Source: Octopus vulgaris (taxonomy: Eukaryota). Taken from it: 64,000 nucleotides of DNA. Under the pieces are notes generated by a model. That model was not told the origin of the DNA. It did no database searches and saw only the letters and a program-made list of their open reading frames with translations. Positions within the stretch are counted from its first letter, which is position 1. Each line of letters starts with the position of its first letter. Of this stretch, positions 1 through 13,284 are shown in pieces. The DNA lies in the NCBI GenBank assembly GCA_951406725.2, contig OX597840.1, forward strand, positions 2,294,001 through 2,358,000, given 5' to 3'. The position numbers and the translations under genes were made by a program.

Positions 1-281
1 TCTTTTTGCCGAACCGCTAGGTGACGGGGACGTAAACACACCAACATCGGTTGTCAAGCAATGCTAGGGGGACAAACACAGACACACAAACACACACATA
101 TATATATATACATACATACGACAGGCTTCTTTCAGTTTCCGTCTACCAAATCCACTCACAAGGCATTGGTCTGCCCGGGGCTATAGCAGAAGACACTTGC
201 CCAAGATGCCACACAGTTGGACTGAACCCGGAACCATGTGGTTGGTAACCAAGCTACTTACCACACAGCCACTCCTGCGCC
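1..281 (-). mobile_element. tRNA-derived SINE family A (3' part runs off the window start)
   Basis: Reverse complement begins GGCGCAGGAGTGGCTGTGTGG (A box) and has GGTTCAGTCC (B box), then CTTGGGCAAGTGTCTTC (CORE-like). Near-identical to copies at 5.3, 24.2, 30.4 and 46.8 kb. Confidence 0.9.
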
Positions 282-536
282 TACATATATATATTATATG
301 TACCTACTTACGTATATGTGCTGTTTCCGAAGTATTATAAAGATGTGTTTATATCTGTGCATACGTGTGTTCTTTTATTCTTTTGCTTCTGTCATTTACT
401 TGCAGCCATGCTGGAGCACTGATTTAAAGAAATCGATCCCAGTACTTATCCGTTTCTTTTTGCCGAAGTTAGGGGGATGTAAACACACCAAGACCAGTTT
501 TCAAGCGGTGGCAGAGGACAAGCACAGACACTCTAC

Positions 537-683
<147 letters not shown>

Positions 684-869
684 GATATAGGTGAAATATA
701 ATTAATTTAATAAAAATCAACAAATTTCATCTAGTAGTTTTTCGGTGTGGAAAAGGACCATATTCGGTAAAAACTTATACCAAAATGTGTTCCATATTTT
801 TGTAGAAAAAGGAAATAGTAGTCTTTTGGCTGCTATTTCTAAATTTTCGGTATGTGGAATATATATCTT

Positions 870-1812
870 CTAACTATGCTCTTCGTCAGTTAAACTCTTT
901 CTCCTTCCCTTCCGGCCCTTCTCAACTTCTGTTCACGCTTGATATCAAAAGTTTATATATGATGATCCCATACAACGAAGGACTTCATGCGTTTAAACAC
1001 TTTCTACACCTTCAACCTGCACCATCACAAACCTCACACACCCACACTTCGTCTGACCTAACTTGTCCTCTCCCTCAACTGCTTCCCGTTTGCGGGTGAG
1101 TTTTACCAACAGGTCTCCGGAGTGGTTTTGGGAACGAAAATAGAGCCCCAATAATGCGAACCTGTTCGTTGGCTACGTTGAGGCTCAAATATTTTCACAA
1201 TTCACTGGTCCCATTCCTCATCCATACGGTCGTTATATTGAGGACTGTATCGGCGCGACCTCACTCTCCTATGAATAACTGCACTTCTTCCACTCATTTG
1301 TCCAATCCTTCCATCCTGCCCTCGAATTTTCCTGCACTATCTGTGGACCTTGCCTCTGCTCTTTCCCCTCGTACCCACCTACTGTTTCCCCTCACTTACC
1401 ACCCCTTCACCCTACCTCCCCAACGCCCCATTCTCCGAGCTTTCCACATTCGCACATCTTGTCTAACTTACCATTTCCAGCCTTCAAACGAGTCCATAAC
1501 TTGCGTGACCTCCTGTCCCATATTTTCTTCCCTAGCCCGCCTCCAAACATAGCTAGTTTCTTCGCTCTCACTCACACTGTCGCACCTACCCATACCTCTC
1601 CGACACCACCATCCTCACACGTCCCTATCACGTCACTCTTTACCTGCACCTTTAGTAATATTATTTACTGCAGCTCCTGCTTTCTCTGTCCTTCCTTGTA
1701 CATTGGTCAAACGGGACGCTATTTGACTGACCGGTTCGCGGAGCCACTCTGGGACATCAGACTCGGCAATGACTCCCCGGTCTCCTGCCGTTTCCGCTCA
1801 ACCGGTCATTTT
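870..1812 (+). mobile_element. Decayed Penelope-like retroelement (Neptune-type RT plus C-terminal GIY-YIG endonuclease), internally deleted
   Basis: Frameshifted RT motifs LFTLDIKSLY..IP, FYQQVSGVVLGTK, NLFVGYVE and GRYIEDC (YIDD-like). Endonuclease SNIIYCSSCFLCPSLYIGQTGRYLTDRFAE. Homologous to 51330-52360. Confidence 0.9.
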
Positions 1813-2329
1813 GCATATATGTGCCTCTGCGAAGGATTTCGGTAGGATATTATGTATTAATCAGTCTAATGAGAGGAGGATGCTTGGGTAGGTGTTTGAA
1901 TAGGTGAAATTAATAGGAAGATACATGGGTAGATAGACACGTGATAAATTCATTGGCGGGTAGATGGATTAAAAAGCGGGTGGATGTAATGTGAAATTGC
2001 TGTGTGAGAAGGTACAAACGTGTAAATAATTGTCAATTTGGACCAAGAATTTTTAAAGGCAGACGCGCCATTTGATTTCATCCACCCCAGAACATGCTGA
2101 GTACCTTATTGTAACAGACAAAGAATATGGAAAGAAACACGGGATATATAGCGGTTCTGAACCGGTTGAGCTGAAGCCTCCATTAGACTATGAACGGAAG
2201 AAGGAAATGCGATGTAGGAGAAAAGTTGAAAATGATAGTTATTATGGTAAATATGAATAAAGGGGAAAATTTCAATTAAAATAACATTATATACAAAATA
2301 TATATAAAATGTATACACGCATATATCAT

Positions 2330-2818
2330 TTTCTCTCATCACTAACGCCATCACCACTACCATCATCATCAGTGCTATTATCATCATCGTCGTTGTTATT
2401 TTTATTGTCGTCGTTATCCCATCCGCCTCCACTTCATCATCGTCATCATCATCATCATCATAGCCAGCTCCTCATCGTTGTCCTCGTCATCAAAATCCTC
2501 TTCACCAATGTCAGCAGCAGCTACATCATCGTCAGCATCAACAGCAGTATAGTCACAGCCGTCATCGTTCTCTTCCTCCTCCTCCTCCTCATCATCATCA
2601 TCTTTGTCGTCGTTGTCGTCGTCGTCCTCATGATCGTTATACATTTCGTTGTCATCGTCGTCGTCAGCACATTCGATGATTTCCTAATGACGGTCATCGC
2701 CTTCTGCCTATTCCTCACCGTCATCATTATATATTTATATCTTCCTCATTATCAGCATAAACGTCTCAACATTGATAATCATCGTGTACACCCGCATCAT
2801 CACAGTCACCATCATCAC

Positions 2819-2868
<50 letters not shown>

Positions 2869-3253
2869 CCATCATCATCACCATCATCCTCCTCATCATC
2901 ATCATCATTATCATCACCATAAACATCATCATCATCATCACCATCATCATTATCATCATCATCGTTGTCATCGTGGTCGTCGTCATCATCATTGTTGTCA
3001 TAATCATCGTCGTCGTCGGCATCGTTCTCATCATCATCATCATCGTTGTCTCATCATCATCATCGTCATCATCATCATCATCATCATCATCATGATAAAC
3101 ATCATCATCATCAACATCATCATTATCATCATCATCATCGTGGTCCTCGTCGTCGTCATCATTGTAATCATAATCATCATCGTAGTCGTCGTCACCATTA
3201 TCGTTGTCATCATCATCATCATCATCATCAACGTCCTCATCTTAGTCTCATCG

Positions 3254-3301
<48 letters not shown>

Positions 3302-4196
3302 ACATCATCTGCAGCAGCAGCATTATCACAGTCGTCATCATCATCATCATCATCGTTACATTATCATCTTCAGTTTGGCCGTTATCATCAACTTGGTCAT
3401 CACGATAAATTTCATTATCAACTTCTTAATTGTCATCATAATCCTCCTCACCATTATCGTTTATATTTCCACGATGAAAAAAAAAAAGGGGAGATATTTG
3501 CAATGGAGATATTCATGATACCATCAACCATCATTCTCTTTTTATCTCCTCTTCTTTATCGTCATTATTATCATCAGGCAGAAGAAAATAAAACATCGTC
3601 ATACATATCAATTTATTTGTCATCTTAACCGTCATCAAATTCAGATCATTCACATCGGCATCACCATAAATTTCCTTGTCATCACCACAAAGACAACTAC
3701 CATTTTCATCAACATCATCATCATCATCGACATCATCATCGTTATCATCATCTTTACCATCATCAACATCATTATCATTGCCGTCATCGTCGACGTCGTC
3801 GTTGTCAACGTCGTAATCATCATTATCGTCATCATAATTATCATAATCATCCTCACCATCTCTAACGTGGGCATCATCTTCAGTGTCGACATAGTCATCA
3901 TCATTATCATCAATATCATCATCATCATAATCCTCCTCCTCATCATAATCATCATCGTCATCATCACCATCACCATCATCATCACCATCATCATCACCAT
4001 CATCATCATCATCATCATCATCCTCATCATCATCATCATCATCATCGTCATCATCATCATCACCATCATCATTATCATCATCATCCTCATCATCATCATC
4101 ATAATCCTCATTATCATCATCGTCATTGTTAATATCGTTGTCGTTAACATCATCATAATCATCATCATTATCATCATCATCACCATCATCATCATT

Positions 4197-4243
<47 letters not shown>

Positions 4244-4791
4244 TGTCGTTATCATCATCATCATTATCATCATCGTCAATGTTAACATCGTTATCGTTAT
4301 CATCATCATAATCATCATCATTATCCCCATCATCATCACCATCATCATTATTATCATCATCATCATCATTATCATCATCGTCAATTTTAAGATCGTTGTC
4401 GTTATCATCATCATAATCATCATCATTATCCTCATCATCATCACCATCATCATCATTATCATCATCATCGTTATTCTTATCATCGTCGTCATTATCATCA
4501 TCATCATCATCCTCATAATCACCATCATTATCATCCTCATCATCATCATCATAATCACCATCATTATCATCATCGTCATTGTTAACATCGTTGTCTTTAA
4601 CATCATCATCATCATCATCATCATCACCGTCATCGTCTGCTTTGGATAATTTCTATCATTTATCATATCGCCATCAACGTCATTAGCACCACTATAAAAT
4701 GAATCGATTTTCCTCATCGTTATTACTTCCAGCATCATCCTCTTCATCGCCATCATCCACATCATTATCATCGTCGTCATCATCATCACCG

Positions 4792-4824
<33 letters not shown>

Positions 4825-4925
4825 ACATCATCATCATCATCACCGTTATCACATATGACATGGCCCTTATCATTATCGTCTACTTCAATATGATCAACAT
4901 CACCATCATCATCACCACCATGATG
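2330..4925. repeat. ~2.6 kb degenerate (CAT)n/(CGT)n trinucleotide array
   Basis: Direct reading; source of the spurious poly-His/Ile/Ser/Met ORFs. Confidence 0.95.
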
Positions 4926-5302
4926 TAGCCCCACTAAGACCACCACCATCACCAACACCATCACCACCAGAAACGCCACCATAATTGCCAACACTAATAC
5001 CACCGATAACAACAACAATAATGCAACCATCAGCTCAAGCACTGCCACGGAAGGAACAACACAACATAATTTATAGTCAGGAAGAAGGTTGCAATGAAAG
5101 GAAAATCGATTATAACGGGAGAGAGGGGGGAGAGGGAGAGAGGGAGAGAGGGAGATAAAGAGGTAAGACAAGAGAGAAGGGTGAGAGAGAGGAGGGAGAG
5201 CGAGAAAGGAGGGAAATAGATGTAGACAAGTAGCTAGAGAGGAACTGAGAGAGGAGATGGGTGAACGAGAGAAATTGAGGGTTGGATGGGGAGGGTTATC
5301 TC

Positions 5303-5729
5303 CTCTTACTCTTTACTCTTTACTCTTTACTCTTTCACTTGTTTCAGTCATCCGACTGCGGCCATGCTGGAGCACCGCCTTTAGTCGAGCAAATCGACCC
5401 GGGCACTTATTCTTTGTAAGCCCAGTACTTATTCTATCGGTCTTTTTTGCCGAAACCGCTAAGTGACGGGGACGTAAACACACCAGCATCGGTTGTCAAG
5501 CAATGCTAGGGGGACAAACACAGACACACAAACACACACACACACATATATATATATACATATATACGACAGGCTTCTTTCAGTTTCCGTCTACCAAATC
5601 CACTCACAAGGCATTGGTCGGCCCGGGGCTATAGCAGAAGACACTTGCCCAAGATGCCACGCAGTGGGACTGAACCCGGAACCATGTGGTTGGTTAGCAA
5701 GCTACTTACCACACAGCCACTCATGCGCC
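5303..5729 (-). mobile_element. SINE family A, full length
   Basis: tRNA-like head at 5729, internal (TA/CA) tract, tail GGCGGTGCTCCAGCATGGCCGCAGTC..GACTGAAACAAG followed by (TAAAGAG)n. Confidence 0.92.
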
Positions 5730-5906
5730 TTGTTAACTTCCCATTAACTTCCCGTTGTTAATTTTGCTGTTGCTCAAAAATCTTTGTCACAAACTTTATA
5801 TTTTTCTGTAACGTGTACTTCTTTACGTGGTTGTGTTACTTGTGTTACGTTATTAAACGTAGGTTGAGTTTCCTTCAGCATGTATACATCTATACAAGCA
5901 TACATT

Positions 5907-5967
5907 CCAGGATCTGATACTGAAGAGGGGATAAATACTCCGAAATATTATGCAATCGTTAGTCTGG
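5907..5967 (+). ncRNA. Degenerate type-I hammerhead-like motif (C3-G8 core)
   Basis: CTGAAGA 5920-5926, stem II GGGG/CTCC, GAAA 5942-5945, ATC 5955-5957. Stems I and III are imperfect. Confidence 0.4.
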
Positions 5968-6040
5968 TCATACAGAGCTTCGCACTAACTTAATAAATAT
6001 ATTTTCACATATTTTTCTGCACAGGTAACATTCGTCTGAG

Positions 6041-6078
<38 letters not shown>

Positions 6079-6266
6079 GACATCCATTAGTGTAAGCATA
6101 TTTTGGTCCATATATGCATACGTATATATGTGTGAGTATGTGTGTGTCGTAAACGATCATGACTCAGTGATGTATATGTTTCTATTCTAAACAGCAATTT
6201 ACTCAAAAAGCATATCTTTTCCTGTTTTTTTGCTGCAACTCTCCCTATAACTCTCTGTCTCTCTCC

Positions 6267-6321
<55 letters not shown>

Positions 6322-6556
6322 GACGGAAATCCTGTAAATATCTCTTTCAACAAATATTCCCCGAACTTTGCTTTATAATAGGAAGAGTATACAGCAATTT
6401 TTGAGACATCTTTATCTTTGTTTTCGTTGCCCCCTCTCTCACTCTCCCTCTCTCATTCTCTCTCCTCATATCGATATATATGTATACATATACATATATG
6501 TGTGTGTATTAGGTATTTCCATGTATATACATATATATATTTATGTATGTATATTC

Positions 6557-6596
<40 letters not shown>

Positions 6597-7599
6597 TGTA
6601 TTGATATATGTATATATGCCTTTATATGTAAGTATATTTATATATATATATACACTCAGATATATATTTGTATTTACCGACAAACACACACACATACATA
6701 TATATATATACGCATGCACTAACTATATTATCTTTTCCCTTGCACACTTTAAACCCAATATAGTGGGTTCTGCTTTTCACTAGGACTTCTCTCTATACGT
6801 CAAAGTTTGTACCGTAATCCTTTAAAAGCCTTATGTAACTCGATAATAGTGTTGCCTTTCTATTTTCTCTGTAATTGAAAGTTGATGAATAAGATTAAAG
6901 TAAAGCTATTTAAACCTACAATCCACCATTCCAATATGGCCGTGAAACGGTTTAGTCTTGTCAAACCGTCTTCTACTTCATTTCTTATTCCTTCTGCATT
7001 ACATTACTTTACAACTGAGAATCCATTGGCCACCCTGCATGCGGACTTAGACCTTATTTATTTATTTAGAGAGATTGCGTATTACAAAGCGCTTTCATCT
7101 TAGGTTTACAGCTGTAACTTTCTTTTAAGTTTTCCTGTTGAATCTTTTTTCAATAGAGTTGGTTGCGCAAAGCAGATAATCGCAGTGGACTTATTCTTAG
7201 TAGTACATAATATAACACTGTTGAGCAAAGCCCCGTCTATTCCTTTCAACGTAAGGATAATCAGAGAAACTCAAACTAATGTTGTTGCTGATATGTTTTT
7301 ATTATTTTCTTCATTCCAAAACATTTCCCTACACTTCTGCTTAAATATTTCGATGTGGTTATTAGTTTGCTAGATTTTTGAAGCGAACTTGCGCGTTGGA
7401 ACAGAGTTTTTTTTTATATCTCGCGGGGTAGGGTCGTTATGGAATCTTTAAACACCTACAGAACGAAAGAACTTTGAAAAACCAAGCTGGTTACTTGATT
7501 GGCCGAGCGATGAATAAAAGTAAGATAACGATCCCTATGATGAGATATGTTTTCACAGAAGAAGACTGTAACATTCATGTCCAACTATTACATGAAGTC

Positions 7600-7857
7600 A
7601 AAGCAAGGTGACACTAACACACACATGCACAGACATATACACACACAACAACAGCTTCTTTCAGTTTCCATCTACCAAATCTACTCACAAGACTTTGGTC
7701 GGCCCAGAAGTAGAGTAGAAGTAGAATACACTTGCTCAACATACCATGCAGTGAGGTTGTACACAGAACTAGGTGCCTGGAAACTTCTTTACACATAGGC
7801 ACACCTGTCATTCAACTGTGGCCATGCTGGGATACCACATTGTGAACAAATCCACTC
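7600..7857 (-). mobile_element. Degenerate SINE family A fragments
   Basis: CTTCTTTCAGTTTCCATCTACCAAATCTACTCACAAG and GGCCATGCTGG match family A. Confidence 0.7.
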
Positions 7858-8263
7858 CAACGTGTTAGAATCCGACGATCACTATCTAAAATTTTTGGTT
7901 TTCTTCCGGAGTTTTGTTTCACAGATGAGGTTTTTTCCCCTCTTTCTCAAAACCTGTCATTACTTTCGAGACGTTACTTCTTGATACCTCAAACATTTCG
8001 GCTGTTTTCGTTACCATAGCGCCTGTCATACGAGCACCAACAATTTGACCTCTTTGAAATTCCGATAGATCTCTTATTTTAGTTAATTTTAATAACCTTT
8101 TTCTGATGATATCTGAAAAGAAACATCAGCTTTAGCAAAAGATATTAAGCAACACTAATAATAAAAAAAAATAAGAAATAAACAAGCATTTGACGGTTTT
8201 ACAGATAATTCAAATGTATGATGCGATGATGATAGGTGTTTTCATTATTTTGTCCAACCCATG
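7858..8263 (-). mobile_element. Tc1-type DNA transposon left end: TIR plus transposase N-terminal HTH relic
   Basis: Minus-strand translation DLSEFQRGQIVGARMTGAMVTKTAEMFEVSRSNVSKVM, frameshift, then KQNSGRKPKILDSDRRILTR. Terminus TA|CATGGGTTGGACAAAATAATGAAAACACC at 8263 resembles a Tc1 TIR with TA target. Confidence 0.85.
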
Positions 8264-8265
8264 TA

Positions 8266-8294
<29 letters not shown>

Positions 8295-8317
<23 letters not shown>

Positions 8318-8525
8318 TATATAAGCGGTTATTATTTATATTACTTTCGGTATTTTGATATGCTAAAGAAACTTTTAAAATATATTATGAAATATTTAAG
8401 TAGTTCTTACCAAATTTTATTGTAACGAAAAATGGGCATTACGATAGATACCAATATGTGGTTTATGAATATATTTCAACACCGCACAGACGCACAGACT
8501 GGGCCGAATGCCGGGCGTCCTGCTA

Positions 8526-8526
<1 letters not shown>
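8295..8526 (+). mobile_element. Probable Helitron 3' terminus
   Basis: GC-rich subterminal segment GGGCCGAATGCCGGGCGTCC followed by CTAG|T at 8523-8527, in AT-rich context. Confidence 0.5.
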
Positions 8527-8584
<58 letters not shown>

Positions 8585-8624
8585 CATACACGCACACACG
8601 CACATATACTCACACACACGTATG

Positions 8625-8770
8625 ACGCGCTTCTTTTCAATCTCCGGCCAACAAATCGGCCAGAGATTACAGCAGAAGACACTTACCCATGGTGCCACGC
8701 AGTGGGATTGAACCAGGAATCATGTAAATGGGAAGGGAAGCAAACTTCATAGGCTGCAGCCACGCATGCA
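8625..8770 (-). mobile_element. Degenerate SINE family A head
   Basis: GCAGAAGACACTTACCCATGGTGCCACGCAGTGGGATTGAACC matches family A. Confidence 0.7.
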
Positions 8771-8869
8771 GCTGTGATGGCGTGCTTTCATGTAAGGCCA
8801 CTCGCTTTACATCATAGCAGATGTTTAAATGGATTTATTATTTGTATCACGAAACGAAACTATTCGTAA

Positions 8870-9025
8870 TAGTGTGTTCCTCGCACGAGCACTATACCAA
8901 CATATACACATATGTGTGTGTTATATGCGTGTATATATATATACATATATATATATATACGTATATGTATATATATATATATATATATATGCGTGTATAT
9001 ATATATATACATATATATATATACG

Positions 9026-9079
<54 letters not shown>

Positions 9080-9168
9080 CGTATATATATATATATGTAT
9101 ATATATATACACGCATATACACACACATATGTGTATATGTTGGTATAGTGCTCGTGCGAGGAACACAC

Positions 9169-9170
<2 letters not shown>
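8870..9170. repeat. Fold-back inverted repeat around a (TA)n core
   Basis: TAGTGTGTTCCTCGCACGAGCACTATACCAACATATAC at 8870 is the exact reverse complement of the sequence ending at 9170. Confidence 0.92.
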
Positions 9171-9202
<32 letters not shown>

Positions 9203-9604
9203 CATGCATATATAAATGTATATTTATATATATATGTATTGCATATATCTGTGTATAAGTGTGATGTATTTGTGTGGGTGTGTAGTGAGAAAAGCAGGTG
9301 ATCCAAATGTTATTAGTGTGCGAGAAATGGAGTGAAAAATATAAACGATTTTCATATTCGTAACCAATTTCAGCACAATGCCAGCAATTTCGAGATAGAG
9401 AATTAATCGATTATATTACCTCCTTCCTGTACTCAACAGGTTCATATTTTATCGACCTCGAAGAGACGAAAGGCAAGTGCGACTTCAGCGGAATTTGATC
9501 TCAGCACATAGACACAGACAAAATACTGCCACGAATTTCACCCATGGTGCTAATGATTTTACCAGCTGGCTGACTTAAGTTTCCTTAATATTATGCAGAG
9601 TAAA

Positions 9605-10175
9605 GGCGGTGAGCTGGCAGAAGCGCTTGCACGCCGGGCGAAATGCTTAGCGGTATTTCGTCTGGCGCTACGTTCTGAGTTCAAATTCCGCCGAGGTCAA
9701 CTTTGCCTTTCATCCTTTCGGGGTCGATAAATTAAGTACCAGTCACGCATTGGGGTCGATGTAATCGACTTAATACCTATGTCTGTCCTTGTTTGTCCCC
9801 TCTGTGTTTAGCCCCTTGTGGGTAATAAAGAAATAGGTATTTTTTCTGCCGCTACGTTCTGAGTTCAAATTCCGCCGAGGTCGACTTTGCCTTTCATCCA
9901 TTTGGGGTCAATAAATTAAGTATCAGTTACGCACTGGGGTCGATATAATCGACATAATCCGTTTGTCTGTCCTTGTTTGTCCCCTCTGTGTTTAGCTCCT
10001 TGTGGGTAATAAAGAAATAGGCATTTCGTCTGTCTTTACGTTCCGAATTCAAATTCCTTCTGGGTCGACTTTGCATTTCATGCTTTCGGGTTCGATACTA
10101 GTTGCGCACTGAGATCAATGTAATCGACTGCCCCCCGCCCCAAAAATTACAGGACTTGTTCCTAGAGTAGAAAAA
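9605..10175 (+). mobile_element. SINE family B with three tandem body copies (~183 bp period)
   Basis: Head GGCGGTGAGCTGGCAGAA, B box GAGTTCAAATTCC, central GACTTTGCCTTTCATCCTTTCGGGGTCGATAAATTAAGTACCAG repeated three times. The central domain resembles MetaSINE-type domains (from memory). A degenerate inverted copy lies at ~9365-9580. Confidence 0.88.
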
Positions 10176-10194
10176 ATATTATGCAAAGGAAAGG

Positions 10195-10289
10195 CCGACA
10201 GACAGACAGATAGATAGATGGATAGATAGATAAAGAGAGAGAGACAGACAGACAAATAGACAAACCGATAGACAGAAAGTCAGACAGAC

Positions 10290-10366
<77 letters not shown>

Positions 10367-10367
10367 T

Positions 10368-10416
<49 letters not shown>

Positions 10417-10417
10417 C
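10195..10417. repeat. (GATA)n/(GACA)n microsatellite
   Basis: Direct reading. Confidence 0.95.
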
Positions 10418-11279
10418 CTAGAGGCAAACATTTTGAAAGAAAGACAAAAGAATGGAAAAAATGGAAGAAAAGCAAGCGAGAGACAATGATAAAGTGACTC
10501 TAAGAGAGAATGCGAAAGAAAGAGTGAGAGGGGGGGATAGAAAGGATGGGAGGAGGACAGAGGTGGGATGGAGCAGGAGTGTAAGAAAGAACACGTGATA
10601 TATCGTTAAACAGAAACACAGAGAGAGATATACACAGACCGACAGGCGGACAGACAACCAGACGGACAAACAGCCATCAGAGAGCGAAACACTCGATTCC
10701 GTGTCAAAGACAGAAAGCGACTGTGACAACGAGTAGGAGCGAAAATTAACGAGAATCAACGAGAGCGAGTCAAAGCGTTCTTGCTATCCTTTAACTAACT
10801 GACACGAGATCTTGACAACAACACAAATAAATTCCATCTAATTACTCTCAAATTGAAACACTCTCTCATTAAGGACCAACATTAAACTTCGTTTAAATGG
10901 CTGACTTGTTATTTAGTAATGCATTCTTAACACTTTTCTCATGGACGCCGTCAATCTAATACGCTCGGCTTTTCGTTTCAATCCTTCTCGGCCTTTTGGT
11001 TCTTTCGCCGCTATTATTTGCCTATTTCTCTTTGTATCTCATTAATGGCCCTAACTTATTCGAAGTTCGTTTAATTCCTTCTCAGTACACGCCTACATTT
11101 ACCTAACAATCTAACTGCCGGTCTACCTACCAACCCAACCACCTAAATAACTAACTATCGCACCAAGTAACGGTCTAAATAAACTAACGACCTAACAACA
11201 AACCGTTTCGCGTACATCATATCTATCATTCTATCTTTCTAACTACGCAACTGTATACATCAGTCTTTCTGTCTTTCTG

Positions 11280-11340
11280 TCAATCAATCTATATATCTAT
11301 CTATCTGTCTATCTATCTATTTATCTATCCCTTTATCTAT

Positions 11341-11378
<38 letters not shown>

Positions 11379-11399
11379 GTCTATTTCTATCTATCTATC

Positions 11400-11448
<49 letters not shown>

Positions 11449-11449
11449 G

Positions 11450-11488
<39 letters not shown>

Positions 11489-11500
11489 GTTTATCTATAA
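11280..11500. repeat. (TATC)n microsatellite
   Basis: Direct reading. Confidence 0.95.
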
Positions 11501-11592
11501 ATCTTTCTGTCGATCTTTCTACGTATTCGTGTATATTAATTTCTACTTGTGTATGTGTGTGTATAGATACAAAGACTTGTTAATAGGTATAA

Positions 11593-11633
<41 letters not shown>

Positions 11634-11786
11634 GTACACATATATACGTACATGTGTATATATACATTAATGTGTATATATATAAGTATATACGTGTATA
11701 TGTATATAATATATAAATACATACATAAACTGTATTCATACATATATACACATACATGTACGTATGTGTAATATACGAATAAATGA

Positions 11787-11839
<53 letters not shown>

Positions 11840-12674
11840 TATGTACGTATGTATTTATGTACACACACATTCGCGCGCGCGCACACACACACACATATAT
11901 ATATATATATAGAGAGAAATATAGTCATCTCGGTGAATAGGTTAAAAGTGATTTCGGATTCTGTTTGCTGATCAGATTCGTTAGTCTGTCTGCCGTAAAA
12001 TTATCGTCAAAACATGGAAACACCCTTTCCATCTTTTCTTTGTAAAAATAAATCTTACACACAATAAGTGTGTAGTATATGATTTCCAGTTAATATTTTT
12101 ATACTCATCTCATATATATATATATATGCATATATAAAATAGTGTACTTTTAAACACAAGAGAAACACAAGAGCTGGTTTGCTACGGGCCACATATTTGG
12201 CATGTTGAGGTTTTTGTTCCTACCTATCAGCCAATTGTTCAAATGCATTTTGCTTTGCTATTGATTTTACCTTCTTTGCAACTACAGTTGCTGCACTTTC
12301 ATCATTTGTTCGACCATAATACCCAGGTCAAACACATATGTATGAGTGTATTTGTGCATGTGTATAATTAGGTTAGTTAAAACATGTTTGCAATAATAAA
12401 TTTAGCGTGGTGGAAATAAACACAATTATCAAAATTTCATTCATTATTTATTATTTCGTTCCTTTGCATTTCAATTTGTACATTTGTACTCTTGATTATG
12501 TACAGGCACATATGTAAAACGACGTCCTTTATTTTTTAATCATTAACTGCTGATATAGGAGGGACATAGAGGGAGCGAGAGAGAGAGAGGGAGAGAAAGA
12601 GAGAGAGGAGTGATTGGTGACCCAAAGGAATGTGGTACTTGTTTTGTGTTTTCAACCCCAGCAAATATTAGATA

Positions 12675-12902
12675 CCTATTTCTTTACTACCCACAAGGGG
12701 CTAAACACAGAGGGGACAAGCAAGGACAGACAAACGGATTAAGCCGATTATATCGACCCCAGTGCGTACCTCGTATTTAATTTATCGACTCTGAAAGGAT
12801 GACAGGCAAAGTCGACCTCGGCGGATTTTGAACTCAGAACGCACTGGCGGAGGAAATACCACAAAGCATTTCGCCCGGCGTGCTAACGTTTCTGCCAGCT
12901 CG
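12675..12902 (-). mobile_element. SINE family B
   Basis: Reverse complement of the 9605-9840 unit. Confidence 0.88.
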
Positions 12903-13284
12903 GATACATTGTCCTAAACAAAACCTGTCTAATACATTTGTAAATGTTTTTCAATTGAAACACTGAATCCTTTTGGACATTTATTGTTTTAATAGCAAGT
13001 GATAAACTGAGAAAGAAAGAGAGAGAGTGAGAGAGAGAAGGAGCTTTATGACACAGCTAAAATAATTCCAGTCAATTTCTTTATTAACCACGAGGTTGAG
13101 AAAAAGAGGGGACGATACGAGGACAGACAAAACAATCCAGTCAGTGGCAAACCAACAGGTACGAAGAAAGAGAGAGTGTATGGTGAAAACTTAATTGTGG
13201 ACTATCTGTCTGTTTGTCTCTCTTTCTCTCTCTAGGTATGTGTTTGTGTACGTGTATGCAAGTATGTGTATATTAGGATGCGTA

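Noticed and set aside
2309-4873. 439-aa poly-His/Ile/Ser and 407-aa poly-Met ORFs
   Set aside because: Stop-free frames of a (CAT)n microsatellite; open on both strands with no domain content.
6730-7300. Possible very old LINE RT relic on the minus strand (IIELHKAF resembling FIDxxKAFD)
   Set aside because: Only one weak motif; cannot be supported without a profile search.
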